Virus record (IMG/VR): IMGVR_UViG_3300045988_124394
Length of the DNA: 39,692 nucleotides
Origin: a virus
Strand: one strand, 5' to 3'
The notes beneath the pieces were generated by a model, which saw only the letters and a list, made by a program, of their open reading frames with translations, was not told where the DNA came from and searched no databases. Position 1 is the first letter of the stretch. Each line of letters opens with the position of its first letter. A program made the position numbers and the translations under genes. Positions 7,684-17,052 of the stretch are shown here, in pieces.

Positions 7684-9083
7684 TGAGTAAGGAACGATTA
7701 GTGCTATCGGAAAAGTATAAAGCATTCTTAAAATGCGATGTACCAGTTGAGTTCTTAGAGGGAACTACAGCAGCTGGCAAGACAACGGTCGGACTCTTCA
7801 AGTTCATGTGCAAAGTTGCCGAGTCCCCCAAAAAGCTTCACGTTTTAGCCGCAGATGATACTGGAACAGCAGAAAAGAACATCATCAATAAAGACTTAGG
7901 AATCTTGGATGATTTCGGCATCTTAGTAGAGTACAATGGTTCGGGAACAAAAGATGATAAGATTCCGCACTTACTTTTTCATGCGCCGAGCGGAGATAAA
8001 GTTATATATGTCCTTGGATATGGAAATAAAAAGAAATGGAAAAAGGCATTAGGAGGACAATATGGTTGCTTGTACATAGACGAGATTAACACAGCGGATA
8101 TAGAATTTGTCCGAGAGTCTTCTATGCGGTGCGACTACCTCATGGCAACGCTTAATCCAGATGATCCCGGACTTGATGTATATAAAGAATATATAAACTG
8201 TAGCAGACCACTTCCTGAATGGGAGGATAGCACACCAAGAGAAATTAAAGATGAACTAAAGGAAGAACCAAAGCCCGGCTGGGTCCATTGGTTCTTTTCT
8301 TTTGACGATAATGCCGGACTTCCGGAAAAGAAAAAACAACAGATTCTCCAAAACACCCCAAAGGGCACGAAGATCTGGAAAAATAAGATTGAAGGACTGA
8401 GGGGAAAAGCAACAGGCCTTGTATTTAGTATTTTTAATAGAGCAAAACATGTAAGAACGAAGGAATGGGCAAAACAATTTGTACAAAAGAGAGGAGAAAG
8501 AAGAAAAGAAGAATTTTTCCTATACTTTTCCGCAGCGGTAGATACTTCTTACTCGCAGAAGTCTCCGGATACTATAGCCTTTTCTTTCTTAGCAATTACA
8601 AACAAAGGCAAATGTGTAGTCCTGGATGAGAAAGTATATAACAATGCAGAATTGAATATTCCACTTGCCCCTTCGGATACAGTAAAGAATTTAATAGATT
8701 TTCTCAACAGAAATAAAGAAGAATGGGGATTGGCAAGGAATGTATTCCTTGATAACGCAGACCAGGCAACGATGCAGGAGTGGAATAAATATAAGCGCAG
8801 AAATGGCTGCATATATGTCTTAAATGATGCCTGGAAGGGAATGCAGATTATAGACCGTATCAATGCACAGCTTGGCTGGATGGCATTCGATGAAAACGCA
8901 GGAATAGAGCCATGCTTTTATGTACTTGACACCTGCACAAACTACATTCACGAGATGGAAATTTATAGTTGGAATGAAGAGAAAGACAATACACCAGAAG
9001 ATGGACATGATCACATGGTTAACTCAGTACAATATGCCTTCATACCATATCAGAGTAAAATTTATAGAAAGGAGGGAAAATAA
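7683..9083 (+). CDS. terL: Terminase large subunit (PBSX-type)
   Basis: Walker A EGTTAAGKTT. GTG start overlaps the terS stop. 466 aa. Confidence 0.9.
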   Translation: MSKERLVLSEKYKAFLKCDVPVEFLEGTTAAGKTTVGLFKFMCKVAESPKKLHVLAADDTGTAEKNIINKDLGILDDFGILVEYNGSGTKDDKIPHLLFHAPSGDKVIYVLGYGNKKKWKKALGGQYGCLYIDEINTADIEFVRESSMRCDYLMATLNPDDPGLDVYKEYINCSRPLPEWEDSTPREIKDELKEEPKPGWVHWFFSFDDNAGLPEKKKQQILQNTPKGTKIWKNKIEGLRGKATGLVFSIFNRAKHVRTKEWAKQFVQKRGERRKEEFFLYFSAAVDTSYSQKSPDTIAFSFLAITNKGKCVVLDEKVYNNAELNIPLAPSDTVKNLIDFLNRNKEEWGLARNVFLDNADQATMQEWNKYKRRNGCIYVLNDAWKGMQIIDRINAQLGWMAFDENAGIEPCFYVLDTCTNYIHEMEIYSWNEEKDNTPEDGHDHMVNSVQYAFIPYQSKIYRKEGK

Positions 9084-9086
9084 AAA

Positions 9087-10631
9087 ATGAATTGGTTTCA
9101 AAATTTTGTTGCAAGACTGCTCAACATAATACCGGCGCGAGATAGGAGCATTACAATCCGAGAAGCACATACCTTCCGGGAAAATGTAATCAAAAATAAG
9201 CTCTGGTACCAAGGGGACAGTGCAGAACTAGAACAATTTTTTAAGAAAACAGCAAGATGGGATGTAGAAAAAGCGAGGTTCTGGGCGGCACATGCACAAG
9301 GAACAATCAGAAAGATGCATAGTGGTATCGTTGCTACAGTAGTAGACAGATACAAAGACATTGTACTTGCCGATTTGGACGCAATAGAATTTGGAGAAAA
9401 CGCAACCGCATTGGATGAATTATGGAAGGAGTTATATCAGAAAGCGGAATTAAATGACGTAATCGGAAAAGCGATAACAGGGACGCTGGCTGCTGGTGAT
9501 GGTGCGTTTAAGATTAGTGCCGATGAGTGCAGCCCATATCCTATTGTAGAGTTTTATGATGCAGAAGACGTAGATTATGTCTATATTCATTCTACACTTC
9601 GAGAGATTAAGTTCTATACCACCTATAAAAACGGTAATAAGGATTTAAGATTGGAAGAAACCTATGGCTTTGGCTATGTCAGATATAAATTATATGATGA
9701 CAGAGGAAAAGAAGTACCAATGAGTACACTACCGGAAACAGCACACTTGATTGATTTTGGGATAGAAGGAGATTTAATGTTAACTGTTCCGATGAGGATT
9801 TTAAACTCTGCCAAATACAAGAATCGAGGGAAAGCATTATTTGATAGCAAAACAGACGTTTTAGACGGTCTTGACGAGGTAATCAGTCAGTGGATGGATG
9901 CAATCCGTATGGGACGAATTAAGAGATATATCCCAGATAGCTTGATTCCAAGAGACCCAGAGACAGGCGAACTCATGCCTGCGAATCCGTTTGATAATGA
10001 CTTCATTGCAATAGGTGATGATATGTCGGAAAAGTCAAATAAGCAGGTGGAAATCTCCCAACCACAGATTTCTTACGAAGCTTATGTAAACAGCTATGCA
10101 AGTTTTTTAGACTTAGTTCTTCAAGGCGTTATATCACCGTCCACACTTGGAATCGACTTAAAAAAGACCGATAATGCAGACTCGCAAAGAGAAAAAGAAA
10201 AAATCACGTTAGAAATCCGAGGAAAGATTGTGGATACTTTGAATAAGGTTCTTCCACAGCTTTTTACAGCGGTTCTGCAATGTTATGACCTTATGTGTGG
10301 AAAAACACCAGGAGAATATGAACCGACTGTAAAATTTGGAGAATATGCTTCTCCTGACTTTGGCACAACGGTGGAGACTGTAGGTAAAGCGAAACAATAC
10401 GGTGTGATGAGCCTAGAAACATCCGTGGACCAGCTCTACGGAGATAGCTGGACGCAAGAAGAAAAAGATGCAGAAGTAGAACGGCTAAAGGCAGAACAGG
10501 GAATTCAGGAAATAGAAGAACCTGGTGTGAATTTAGAAGTAGGAGACTTTAAAGCAAATCTGGAAGGTGGTGAGGGTGATGAAGGTAAAAGTGGCGAACA
10601 GAATGTACCAGATGAACAGGAAGGAATATAA
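9087..10631 (+). CDS. Portal protein (SPP1 gp6-like)
   Basis: 514 aa directly after terL. N-terminal ..WYQGDSAELEQFFKK.. and an acidic C-terminus are typical of SPP1-type portals. Confidence 0.85.
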   Translation: MNWFQNFVARLLNIIPARDRSITIREAHTFRENVIKNKLWYQGDSAELEQFFKKTARWDVEKARFWAAHAQGTIRKMHSGIVATVVDRYKDIVLADLDAIEFGENATALDELWKELYQKAELNDVIGKAITGTLAAGDGAFKISADECSPYPIVEFYDAEDVDYVYIHSTLREIKFYTTYKNGNKDLRLEETYGFGYVRYKLYDDRGKEVPMSTLPETAHLIDFGIEGDLMLTVPMRILNSAKYKNRGKALFDSKTDVLDGLDEVISQWMDAIRMGRIKRYIPDSLIPRDPETGELMPANPFDNDFIAIGDDMSEKSNKQVEISQPQISYEAYVNSYASFLDLVLQGVISPSTLGIDLKKTDNADSQREKEKITLEIRGKIVDTLNKVLPQLFTAVLQCYDLMCGKTPGEYEPTVKFGEYASPDFGTTVETVGKAKQYGVMSLETSVDQLYGDSWTQEEKDAEVERLKAEQGIQEIEEPGVNLEVGDFKANLEGGEGDEGKSGEQNVPDEQEGI

Positions 10632-10815
10632 AGGACTTCTCAAAGTAGCAAAAGAGCAGGTTCTATTTGGAATATATGCTCTTGAAAAAGCAGATTACGC
10701 AGAATTAAGATGCGATAAATGTGATAGTATCACACAGTTAAAAGAACTTACGCGACAGTTTAGAAAACAGGGCTTTAAGGTATATTCAAATGGCAAAGAT
10801 AAACACAGAGTATGA
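10612..10815 (+). CDS. Possible small protein overlapping the portal 3' end and the MuF 5' end
   Basis: Internal ATG of the 82-aa track ORF (MNRKEYKGLL..). No clear SD. Confidence 0.3.
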   Translation: MNRKEYKGLLKVAKEQVLFGIYALEKADYAELRCDKCDSITQLKELTRQFRKQGFKVYSNGKDKHRV

Positions 10816-13156
10816 TGTTGGATCAGCATTTGAAGCAATAGAGGAAGAGTTGATTTCTTCAATGATTCGCAACATGGAGCGGCATAAGTTGGAAGAGATT
10901 GAAGAGGACAAACAATGGTCCATGTGGCAGGCGGAACAGTTAAAGGCATTGGAAAAGTACCGGAAACAAAATAAAAAGAAATTCGGGAAAGAGTTTAAGG
11001 AAATCAACAAAAAAATAGACCGTCTAATTCTTGGAGCAAACGAAGATGGACAAATGGACCAGGAGGCGGAGATTTTAAAGGCGATTAAAAAGGGATTTCC
11101 AGCTAAAAAAGTTTCTCGTGGCGGTACGGCAGAATTTTTTAAAGTAAATGATAGAAAACTCAACGCACTACTTGAGGCGACATCTTCCGATATGCAGAAA
11201 GCAGAAAGTGCTGTTTTGAGGCGGGCAAACGATCAATACCGCAAGGTTATATTTAATGCACAAGTTTATGCTAACACTGGTGCAGGAACATACGAGAAGG
11301 CAGTAGACATGGCAACAAAAGACTTCTTAAGTGCGGGAATTGACTGCATAGAATATGCCAACGGAAGCCGTCATACGATAGCGGATTATGCAGACATGGC
11401 GATCAGAACAGCTTCTAAGCGGGCGTATTTGCAAGGAGAAGGCACAAAGAGACAGGAATGGGGTCTACATCTTGTTATCATGAATAAACGTGGTTGTCCT
11501 TGTCCTAAATGTTTGCCGTTCGTAGGGAAAATCATGATTGATGATGTGTGGAGCGGTGGCAGCAGCAAGGATGGGAAATATCCATTGATGTCTAGCGCCA
11601 TAGCGGCCGGTCTATATCATCCACGTTGCAGAGATGTTCACACCACCTATTTTCCCGGTATCACTACTGTGGATCCGAAATACAATAAGCAAGAGATTAC
11701 TGATATTGAGGATACAGCGAAGCGGGAAGCTAAACAGCAATATGCAAAGCGTCAGGAAAAGAGATTTGAAAGACTGGCAAAACATTCGCTAGATTCTGAA
11801 AATCAAAGAGCGTATAAGAAGAAACAAAAAGACTGGCAAACAGTTATAAAACAAGAAGAAATCGAAGATGTAAAGAGTCAGCTTAAAGATTTGGAAAAAC
11901 AGTTTGACGATATTACGGAAGGCTATTCATATGATGACTTTATGAAAGATTTCGAGTCTGTTGAGGAGGGATTTGAAGGTGCTAGTGAGGAAGAGATTAA
12001 AAGAGCCAAAGAAATAGATAAAAAAATCAAGTCATTAAGGGAAAAAATAAATTCTGAGAAACAAGTTTCAAAGAAAATGGTTCGCACAAAAGAAGAATCA
12101 ATACAGGCATTCGAAGGCTTGGGCATAGATTTCAAGGATAATTCAACTGGCATATCAGATGCAACGTTGAATAAATTTGTTGAGTTTGCCGAGAAATTTG
12201 AACAAGAACATTCAGGGTATTTTGTTAAGAATAAATTGCAATTAAAATCTCTTTCTGTTGTTGATGATTTAAGCGAAAATGGGGTAACGGCGGCCGGCGC
12301 GTACTATAGCGATTCGCAATCAATTAAACTTATGAAAAAGGCAATAGAAACAAAACCGACTTCTAAATTATTTACTTATTCGAGGTCAGATGATTATGAA
12401 ATGCATTTCTTCGCTCATGAATACGGTCATTATATAGCCGATAGCTTGTCGAAAAAACTTTCAATCACAGATTATGATATTATTCAAAAAAGCTTACTTA
12501 AGTATTTCGATGGTGATATATTTAAAACGAAAACAAGTAATCTAGTGGATGTTCTAGGGTCATATGGTAGCGAAAATGCACAAGAAGCATTTGCAGAAGC
12601 ATTTGCAGAAGCGTATACATGTAAAGAACCAGGAAGATTTGCAAGTATATTCAAAGAAGAGTTAGAAAAAGTACTAGATGTTAGTCTTGAAAAGAAGGCT
12701 ACATCTGATATAATGGTATCAGGAGCAAGAATTACAGATATCTTTAGCAAAGAAGCTGACGAATTTGCAGAAATGTACTACAAAGAGATTCGTAGTTTTT
12801 CAACAGATGCCAAAAAGATAGCGGAAAACCTTAACAAGAAAGAATCTGATATCAGGAAGATTAAATCATATCTTTTTGAAGATAAATCATTACTGGATAC
12901 CGATACCGGAGAATGGAGACGGTTTGACCCAGATTGTGCAATAGCTCAGAGTTGGCAAAGACTAATGATTGGTAAAGATATTAAACCACATGACAAAACC
13001 TTAATTGAACATGAACTTCTTGAAATGAAAATAAAGAAAGAAAATCCAAATATGGAACATTGGAAAGCTCATGAGATAGCTTCAGAAAAATATGATTACC
13101 CGAAGGAGGCAACAGAGTATTATGGTAATCTTGAAAAACATAAAAAAAACAAATGA
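10790..13156 (+). CDS. Head morphogenesis MuF/SPP1 gp7-like protein fused to a long C-terminal extension with an HExxH metallopeptidase-like domain
   Basis: The N-terminal ~290 aa carry ..YHPRCRDVHTTYFPG.. (MuF-type motif). Then a K/E coiled-coil linker, ..FFAHEYGHYIADS.. plus ..EAFAEAFAEAY.., and a further ~140-aa domain. Confidence 0.8.
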   Translation: MAKINTEYDVGSAFEAIEEELISSMIRNMERHKLEEIEEDKQWSMWQAEQLKALEKYRKQNKKKFGKEFKEINKKIDRLILGANEDGQMDQEAEILKAIKKGFPAKKVSRGGTAEFFKVNDRKLNALLEATSSDMQKAESAVLRRANDQYRKVIFNAQVYANTGAGTYEKAVDMATKDFLSAGIDCIEYANGSRHTIADYADMAIRTASKRAYLQGEGTKRQEWGLHLVIMNKRGCPCPKCLPFVGKIMIDDVWSGGSSKDGKYPLMSSAIAAGLYHPRCRDVHTTYFPGITTVDPKYNKQEITDIEDTAKREAKQQYAKRQEKRFERLAKHSLDSENQRAYKKKQKDWQTVIKQEEIEDVKSQLKDLEKQFDDITEGYSYDDFMKDFESVEEGFEGASEEEIKRAKEIDKKIKSLREKINSEKQVSKKMVRTKEESIQAFEGLGIDFKDNSTGISDATLNKFVEFAEKFEQEHSGYFVKNKLQLKSLSVVDDLSENGVTAAGAYYSDSQSIKLMKKAIETKPTSKLFTYSRSDDYEMHFFAHEYGHYIADSLSKKLSITDYDIIQKSLLKYFDGDIFKTKTSNLVDVLGSYGSENAQEAFAEAFAEAYTCKEPGRFASIFKEELEKVLDVSLEKKATSDIMVSGARITDIFSKEADEFAEMYYKEIRSFSTDAKKIAENLNKKESDIRKIKSYLFEDKSLLDTDTGEWRRFDPDCAIAQSWQRLMIGKDIKPHDKTLIEHELLEMKIKKENPNMEHWKAHEIASEKYDYPKEATEYYGNLEKHKKNK

Positions 13157-13340
13157 TGCCATATCGGCGGACTATTATCCAGAGGGGAAGGAACCTAAAG
13201 GATTTATGAAGATGAAAGATGGCAAAATTGTCGAACATAATAATACAAGTTCGTTTGCAGCGGCACATGTTCGAAGAGAATTAAAACGTCTTGCAAGACT
13301 GGATAACCCGCCAAAAGAAAAAACAATATTATGGTACTAA
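13122..13340 (+). CDS. Small protein overlapping the MuF gene end (candidate partner or immunity protein)
   Basis: ATG 13122 overlaps MuF by 35 nt in another frame. 72 aa: MVILKNIKKTNDAISADYYPEG...KEKTILWY. Followed by a terminator. Confidence 0.5.
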   Translation: MVILKNIKKTNDAISADYYPEGKEPKGFMKMKDGKIVEHNNTSSFAAAHVRRELKRLARLDNPPKEKTILWY

Positions 13341-13375
13341 TACCACCTGTCATTTCTGACTGGTGGTATTTTTAT
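13340..13375 (+). terminator. Rho-independent terminator
   Basis: ATACCACCTGTCA-tttc-TGACTGGTGGTAT (one mismatch) followed by TTTTTAT. Confidence 0.75.
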
Positions 13376-13406
13376 ACCCATTTTTAAGAAAAGGAAGGTA
13401 AGAGAC

Positions 13407-13853
13407 ATGAAAAAGTATGTTGGAACAAAAGTAGTTGAAGCAAGACCAATGACAAGAGGAGATTACAATAACTACAGAGGTTGGCAGATTCCAGTGGACG
13501 AAAATCCAGAGGATGCAGGCTACCTTGTCAAGCATAGTGATAGTTATGTAAGCTGGTCTCCAGCATATGCATTTGAAGCGGCTTACAGAGAATATGATAA
13601 GAATAAACTTCTGGTGACAGCAGTGGATATGATGAGCGAAGATTACAAAGAGCGTTTCAAAGCAGAATATAAGCAGTTAGAGATTCGCTTTGATGGATTA
13701 AGAAAAATGCTTAAGAAATGGGATGAGGGAACGCTTGCCTTTGAACCTACTTGCCCGCGCAGCACCTACAATATGCAGCTTAAAGCTATGGCAGATTATA
13801 TGGCGGTACTTGAAGCGAGAGCAGTAATGGAAAATATAGACTTAATGGTTTAA
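13407..13853 (+). CDS. Hypothetical phage protein (two-part; function unknown)
   Basis: SD AAGGAAGG. 148 aa, ..ARPMTRGDYNNYRGWQIP..GYLVKHSDSYVSWSPAYAFEAAY.. plus a helical C-terminal half. Confidence 0.7.
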   Translation: MKKYVGTKVVEARPMTRGDYNNYRGWQIPVDENPEDAGYLVKHSDSYVSWSPAYAFEAAYREYDKNKLLVTAVDMMSEDYKERFKAEYKQLEIRFDGLRKMLKKWDEGTLAFEPTCPRSTYNMQLKAMADYMAVLEARAVMENIDLMV

Positions 13854-13885
13854 TTGCGCCGGCACAATGAAAGGAGAATGAAACG

Positions 13886-14278
13886 ATGAAAAAGAAGATT
13901 TTATTAGCAGTAACAGCGGTAATGTTAGCTTCAGGAGCATTAGTGGGGTGCACAGAAGCAAGTAAGGTATCCAATAACGTCTCACAGGAAGCAGACAACT
14001 TTAACGTCCTAAGAAGATTTGCGGTTATTAACACCAGAACAGACAAAGTAGAGTTTGAACTTGTCGGAACCTTTTCCTTAGATGCTTCCGATAGCAAGAA
14101 AATCAGCTTAATCTGCGAAATGGAAGACGGGACTTACAAGAAACAGATTATTGGTTTAAACAGGGACTCTATGTATGTGATTGAAGATTTAGGAGATGCA
14201 AAGGTAAACAAATATAAGTACGAAGTGAATTATATTCCAGAATCTATTGTACCGTTTACAATTACAAACAAGAAATAG
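13886..14278 (+). CDS. Lipoprotein (signal peptide plus lipobox LVGC)
   Basis: MKKKILLAVTAVMLASGALVGC-TEAS is a textbook Gram-positive lipoprotein signal. SD AAAGGAGAA. Confidence 0.8.
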   Translation: MKKKILLAVTAVMLASGALVGCTEASKVSNNVSQEADNFNVLRRFAVINTRTDKVEFELVGTFSLDASDSKKISLICEMEDGTYKKQIIGLNRDSMYVIEDLGDAKVNKYKYEVNYIPESIVPFTITNKK

Positions 14279-14287
14279 GAGGCTGAG

Positions 14288-14470
14288 ATGAAAATTAAAG
14301 TAACACATGATTTTAAAGATGCAGAGGAAGACTTGAAACTTCGCAAAAAAGGTGAAGTTTATGAGGTGGCAGAAGACAGAGGAAGATACCTGATTAACTT
14401 TAAGGTTGCAAAAGAGGTAAAAGAAAAGAAAGGCGGTGATCCAGAGTCTCCCGATAAGATGCCGGGTTAA
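14288..14470 (+). CDS. Hypothetical small protein
   Basis: SD TAGGAGG. 60 aa. The stop sits in the loop of the following terminator. Confidence 0.55.
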   Translation: MKIKVTHDFKDAEEDLKLRKKGEVYEVAEDRGRYLINFKVAKEVKEKKGGDPESPDKMPG

Positions 14471-14484
14471 GCATCTTATTTTTG
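14454..14484 (+). terminator. Rho-independent terminator
   Basis: ATAAGATGC-cgggttaa-GCATCTTAT perfect 9-bp stem followed by TTTTT. Confidence 0.75.
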
Positions 14485-14523
14485 TGTCCGAAATGACAGG
14501 AAACTAGCAGAAAGGAGTATAAG

Positions 14524-15123
14524 ATGAGAAAAGAAGAATTTGAAGCACTCGGTATTGAAAAGAGTTTGGCAGAGAAAGCAGCAGAAGCTTCAAAAAAGGA
14601 ACTGGAAGGCTATGTATCAAAAGAGAAATACGATGCAGAACAGCAGAAATGCACACAGTTAGAATCTACGGTAAGTGACTATGAGAAGCAGTTAGATACT
14701 TTGAAAGCGGCGGCGGGAAACAATGAAGAGTTAAAGCAGCAGATTACAACTCTCCAGGAGCAGAATAAGCAGAAAGATGCAGACTACAAAAAAGAATTAG
14801 ACGCATTAAAAATGACAAATGCAATTAAAATGGCTATAGCAGCGACAGCACAAGATAGCGATCTTGTTGCTGGACTGGTAGACCGCAACAAATTAATCTT
14901 GAGTGATGATGGAAAGATTACAGGTTTAGATGAACAGTTAAAAACCATCAAAGAGAGTAAACCGTTTTTATTCAAACAGGAGGGGCCAAAACCTTCCGGA
15001 AAAAAAGGATTCTTCCCACTTGGACCCAAAGAAAAAGGGGGCGAAGGCGAGAAAGGGCAGGTTTCAATGAAAGAAGCGATTGCAGCAAGATTAAATTTAG
15101 GCACAGAAGGAAAGGGTGAATAA
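14524..15123 (+). CDS. Head scaffolding protein (GP20-like)
   Basis: Coiled-coil K/E/Q-rich 199-aa protein immediately upstream of the capsid gene. Confidence 0.75.
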   Translation: MRKEEFEALGIEKSLAEKAAEASKKELEGYVSKEKYDAEQQKCTQLESTVSDYEKQLDTLKAAAGNNEELKQQITTLQEQNKQKDADYKKELDALKMTNAIKMAIAATAQDSDLVAGLVDRNKLILSDDGKITGLDEQLKTIKESKPFLFKQEGPKPSGKKGFFPLGPKEKGGEGEKGQVSMKEAIAARLNLGTEGKGE

Positions 15124-15124
15124 T

Positions 15125-16081
15125 ATGGCAGTTACATTAGAAGAGGCAAAGAAAAATGTACAGGATGATCTCCAGATGGGGGTTATTGATGAATTTCAAA
15201 AATCAAACTGGATTTTAGAACACATCACATTTGATGATGCAGTGACACCGACAGGCGGTGGAGCAACGCCGTCTTACAGCTATACAAGATTAAAGACACA
15301 GCCAACGGCAGCATTTCGTGAAATCAATAAAGAATATGTACCAAGTGAAGTAACAAAAGAACGCCACACAGTAGAGATTAAAGTCTTCGGTGGCGCTTAC
15401 CAGATTGACCGTGTTATCGCGAACATGGGCGGAATTGTAAGCGAGGTTGAGCTTCAACAGGCTCAGAAGATTAAGGCGGCACAGGCATTATTCAATGATA
15501 CATTTATTAATGGAGATTCCGCAAAAGACACAAAAGCTTTTGACGGTCTTGACAAAGCTCTGACTGGCAGCAGTACAGAATACAATATAGCAGGGACGAT
15601 TGATTTATCTACATCGGAACTGGTAACGAAAAATTATCAGTATTTTCTTGATATGCTCGATGAATTTCTTGGCGGTCTGGATGGCAGACCTTCGTTCATT
15701 GCAGGAAATAACAAATTAATTTCTAAGATTCGAGCATGTGCGCGCCGGGCAAGCATGTATCAGGTAACACAGGATAACTGGGGTAATCAGGTAGAAAGTT
15801 ATGGAGATATCCCATTTGTTGATATGAAGACAAAAGCAGGAACAAATGAGGAAGTAGTCCCTATTAAGTCAGAGGATGGTACAACTTCCCTCTATGTTGG
15901 ACGCTTAGCATTGGATGGACTTCATGCGGTTTCTTTTGCAGGGGTAGCACCGGTGCAGACCTGGCTTCCTGACTTTTCTACTGCCGGAGCAGTAAAAACC
16001 GGAGAAGTAGAAATGAATGCAGCGATTGCATTAAAAACATCCAAGGCAGCGGGCGTATTCAGAAATATTAAAGTAAAATAG
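15125..16081 (+). CDS. Major capsid protein
   Basis: ATG 15125 lies 2 nt after the scaffold stop. 318 aa. Assigned by position and size. Confidence 0.8.
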   Translation: MAVTLEEAKKNVQDDLQMGVIDEFQKSNWILEHITFDDAVTPTGGGATPSYSYTRLKTQPTAAFREINKEYVPSEVTKERHTVEIKVFGGAYQIDRVIANMGGIVSEVELQQAQKIKAAQALFNDTFINGDSAKDTKAFDGLDKALTGSSTEYNIAGTIDLSTSELVTKNYQYFLDMLDEFLGGLDGRPSFIAGNNKLISKIRACARRASMYQVTQDNWGNQVESYGDIPFVDMKTKAGTNEEVVPIKSEDGTTSLYVGRLALDGLHAVSFAGVAPVQTWLPDFSTAGAVKTGEVEMNAAIALKTSKAAGVFRNIKVK

Positions 16082-16091
16082 GAGACATATA

Positions 16092-16313
16092 ATGAAAGTT
16101 TATAGTCCAAATAAGGAATATACAGGAATCTCTGCTTCCGTTCCCTTTTGCAACGGAACGGGGGAGACAGATGACCCTCACTTAATTGAATGGTTTAAAG
16201 AACATGGGTACACAGTGGAAGAACCAATGAAAGCAGAGGTTCCAATGGAAGAGGCAGTAGAAGAGGTTCAAACCGAAACTCCAGCACCAAAAGGAAAACG
16301 CGGTAAAGCGTAA
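16092..16313 (+). CDS. Hypothetical head-associated small protein
   Basis: SD TAGGAGA. 73 aa with an acidic tail. Confidence 0.55.
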   Translation: MKVYSPNKEYTGISASVPFCNGTGETDDPHLIEWFKEHGYTVEEPMKAEVPMEEAVEEVQTETPAPKGKRGKA

Positions 16314-16322
16314 GGTGAACAT

Positions 16323-16709
16323 ATGGCATATAAATCATATGTAAATGCGGATTATTACCTGAACAGGTATGAGGGCGACATAATCCCTGAAGAGGAACTC
16401 AGCAAAGCTCTCAAAAAAGCTTCAAGACATATTGATTCCCTGACTTATAATCGTATCGTAAGTCAGGGCTTTCTTAATCTGACAGAATATCAGCAAGACA
16501 TCATAAAAGAAGTCATATGCGAACAAGCAGACTTTGAATACGAGAATGCCGATGAAATTAATATGATCTTATCTAGTTACAGCATCAATGGAGTATCAGC
16601 AAGCTTCGGAAGCAGTTGGAACGTCTACACCGATAAAGGCGTGGCGATGAAAAGAGATACCTATGCTTTGTTGTCGCAGACGGGTCTATGCTGCAGGTTA
16701 GCGAGGTGA
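16323..16709 (+). CDS. Head-tail connector (gp6/gp15-like adaptor)
   Basis: Position and N-terminus MAYKSYVNADYYLNRYEG..EEELSKALKKASRHIDSLTYNRI are typical of connector proteins. Confidence 0.6.
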   Translation: MAYKSYVNADYYLNRYEGDIIPEEELSKALKKASRHIDSLTYNRIVSQGFLNLTEYQQDIIKEVICEQADFEYENADEINMILSSYSINGVSASFGSSWNVYTDKGVAMKRDTYALLSQTGLCCRLAR

Positions 16710-16713
16710 GAGG

Positions 16714-17052
16714 ATGAAATATCCATGTTTAGTAAAAAAGAGCTTGTGCAAGACAGACGTTACCTGTGAATTTGAAAGAGAGGGCTTAAACCAGTATGGA
16801 GAACCTCTCGAAACGATAAAGTTCATGGGTAAATGCAACTATCAGGATAAAGCCAGAACAGTACTGACAACAGAAAAGAAGACGGTACAGGTTACAGGCA
16901 CAGCACTGTTTCCGGGCGATATCTGCCCGGAACTTCCAGTTATCTCTAGTGGAACTGCGACAATCTTCGGAGCAAAAAGAAGAATCGAACAGGGAAGAAA
17001 AGCTCGCAACCCGGATGGAAGCGTTAATTATACAGAGGTGACACTGGTATGA
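16714..17052 (+). CDS. Head closure / head-tail joining protein
   Basis: Assigned by position in the connector series. ATGA overlap with the next gene. Confidence 0.5.
   Translation: MKYPCLVKKSLCKTDVTCEFEREGLNQYGEPLETIKFMGKCNYQDKARTVLTTEKKTVQVTGTALFPGDICPELPVISSGTATIFGAKRRIEQGRKARNPDGSVNYTEVTLV

Noticed and set aside
12584-12607. Tandem 12-nt duplication GAAGCATTTGCA x2 inside the MuF fusion gene
   Set aside because: It is an in-frame duplication giving EAFAEAFAEA. It is too short to be a regulatory or CRISPR-like repeat and is probably a simple slippage duplication.
14276-14290. Same-frame adjacency with a single stop between lipoprotein/60-aa ORFs (14276 TAG), and likewise between 37955..38212 and 38222..38389 (38210 TGA)
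   Set aside because: In both cases the stop is embedded in a strong SD (TAGGAGG; TGAGGTGA) correctly spaced to the next ATG. These are ordinary gene junctions, and same-frame placement is expected one time in three.
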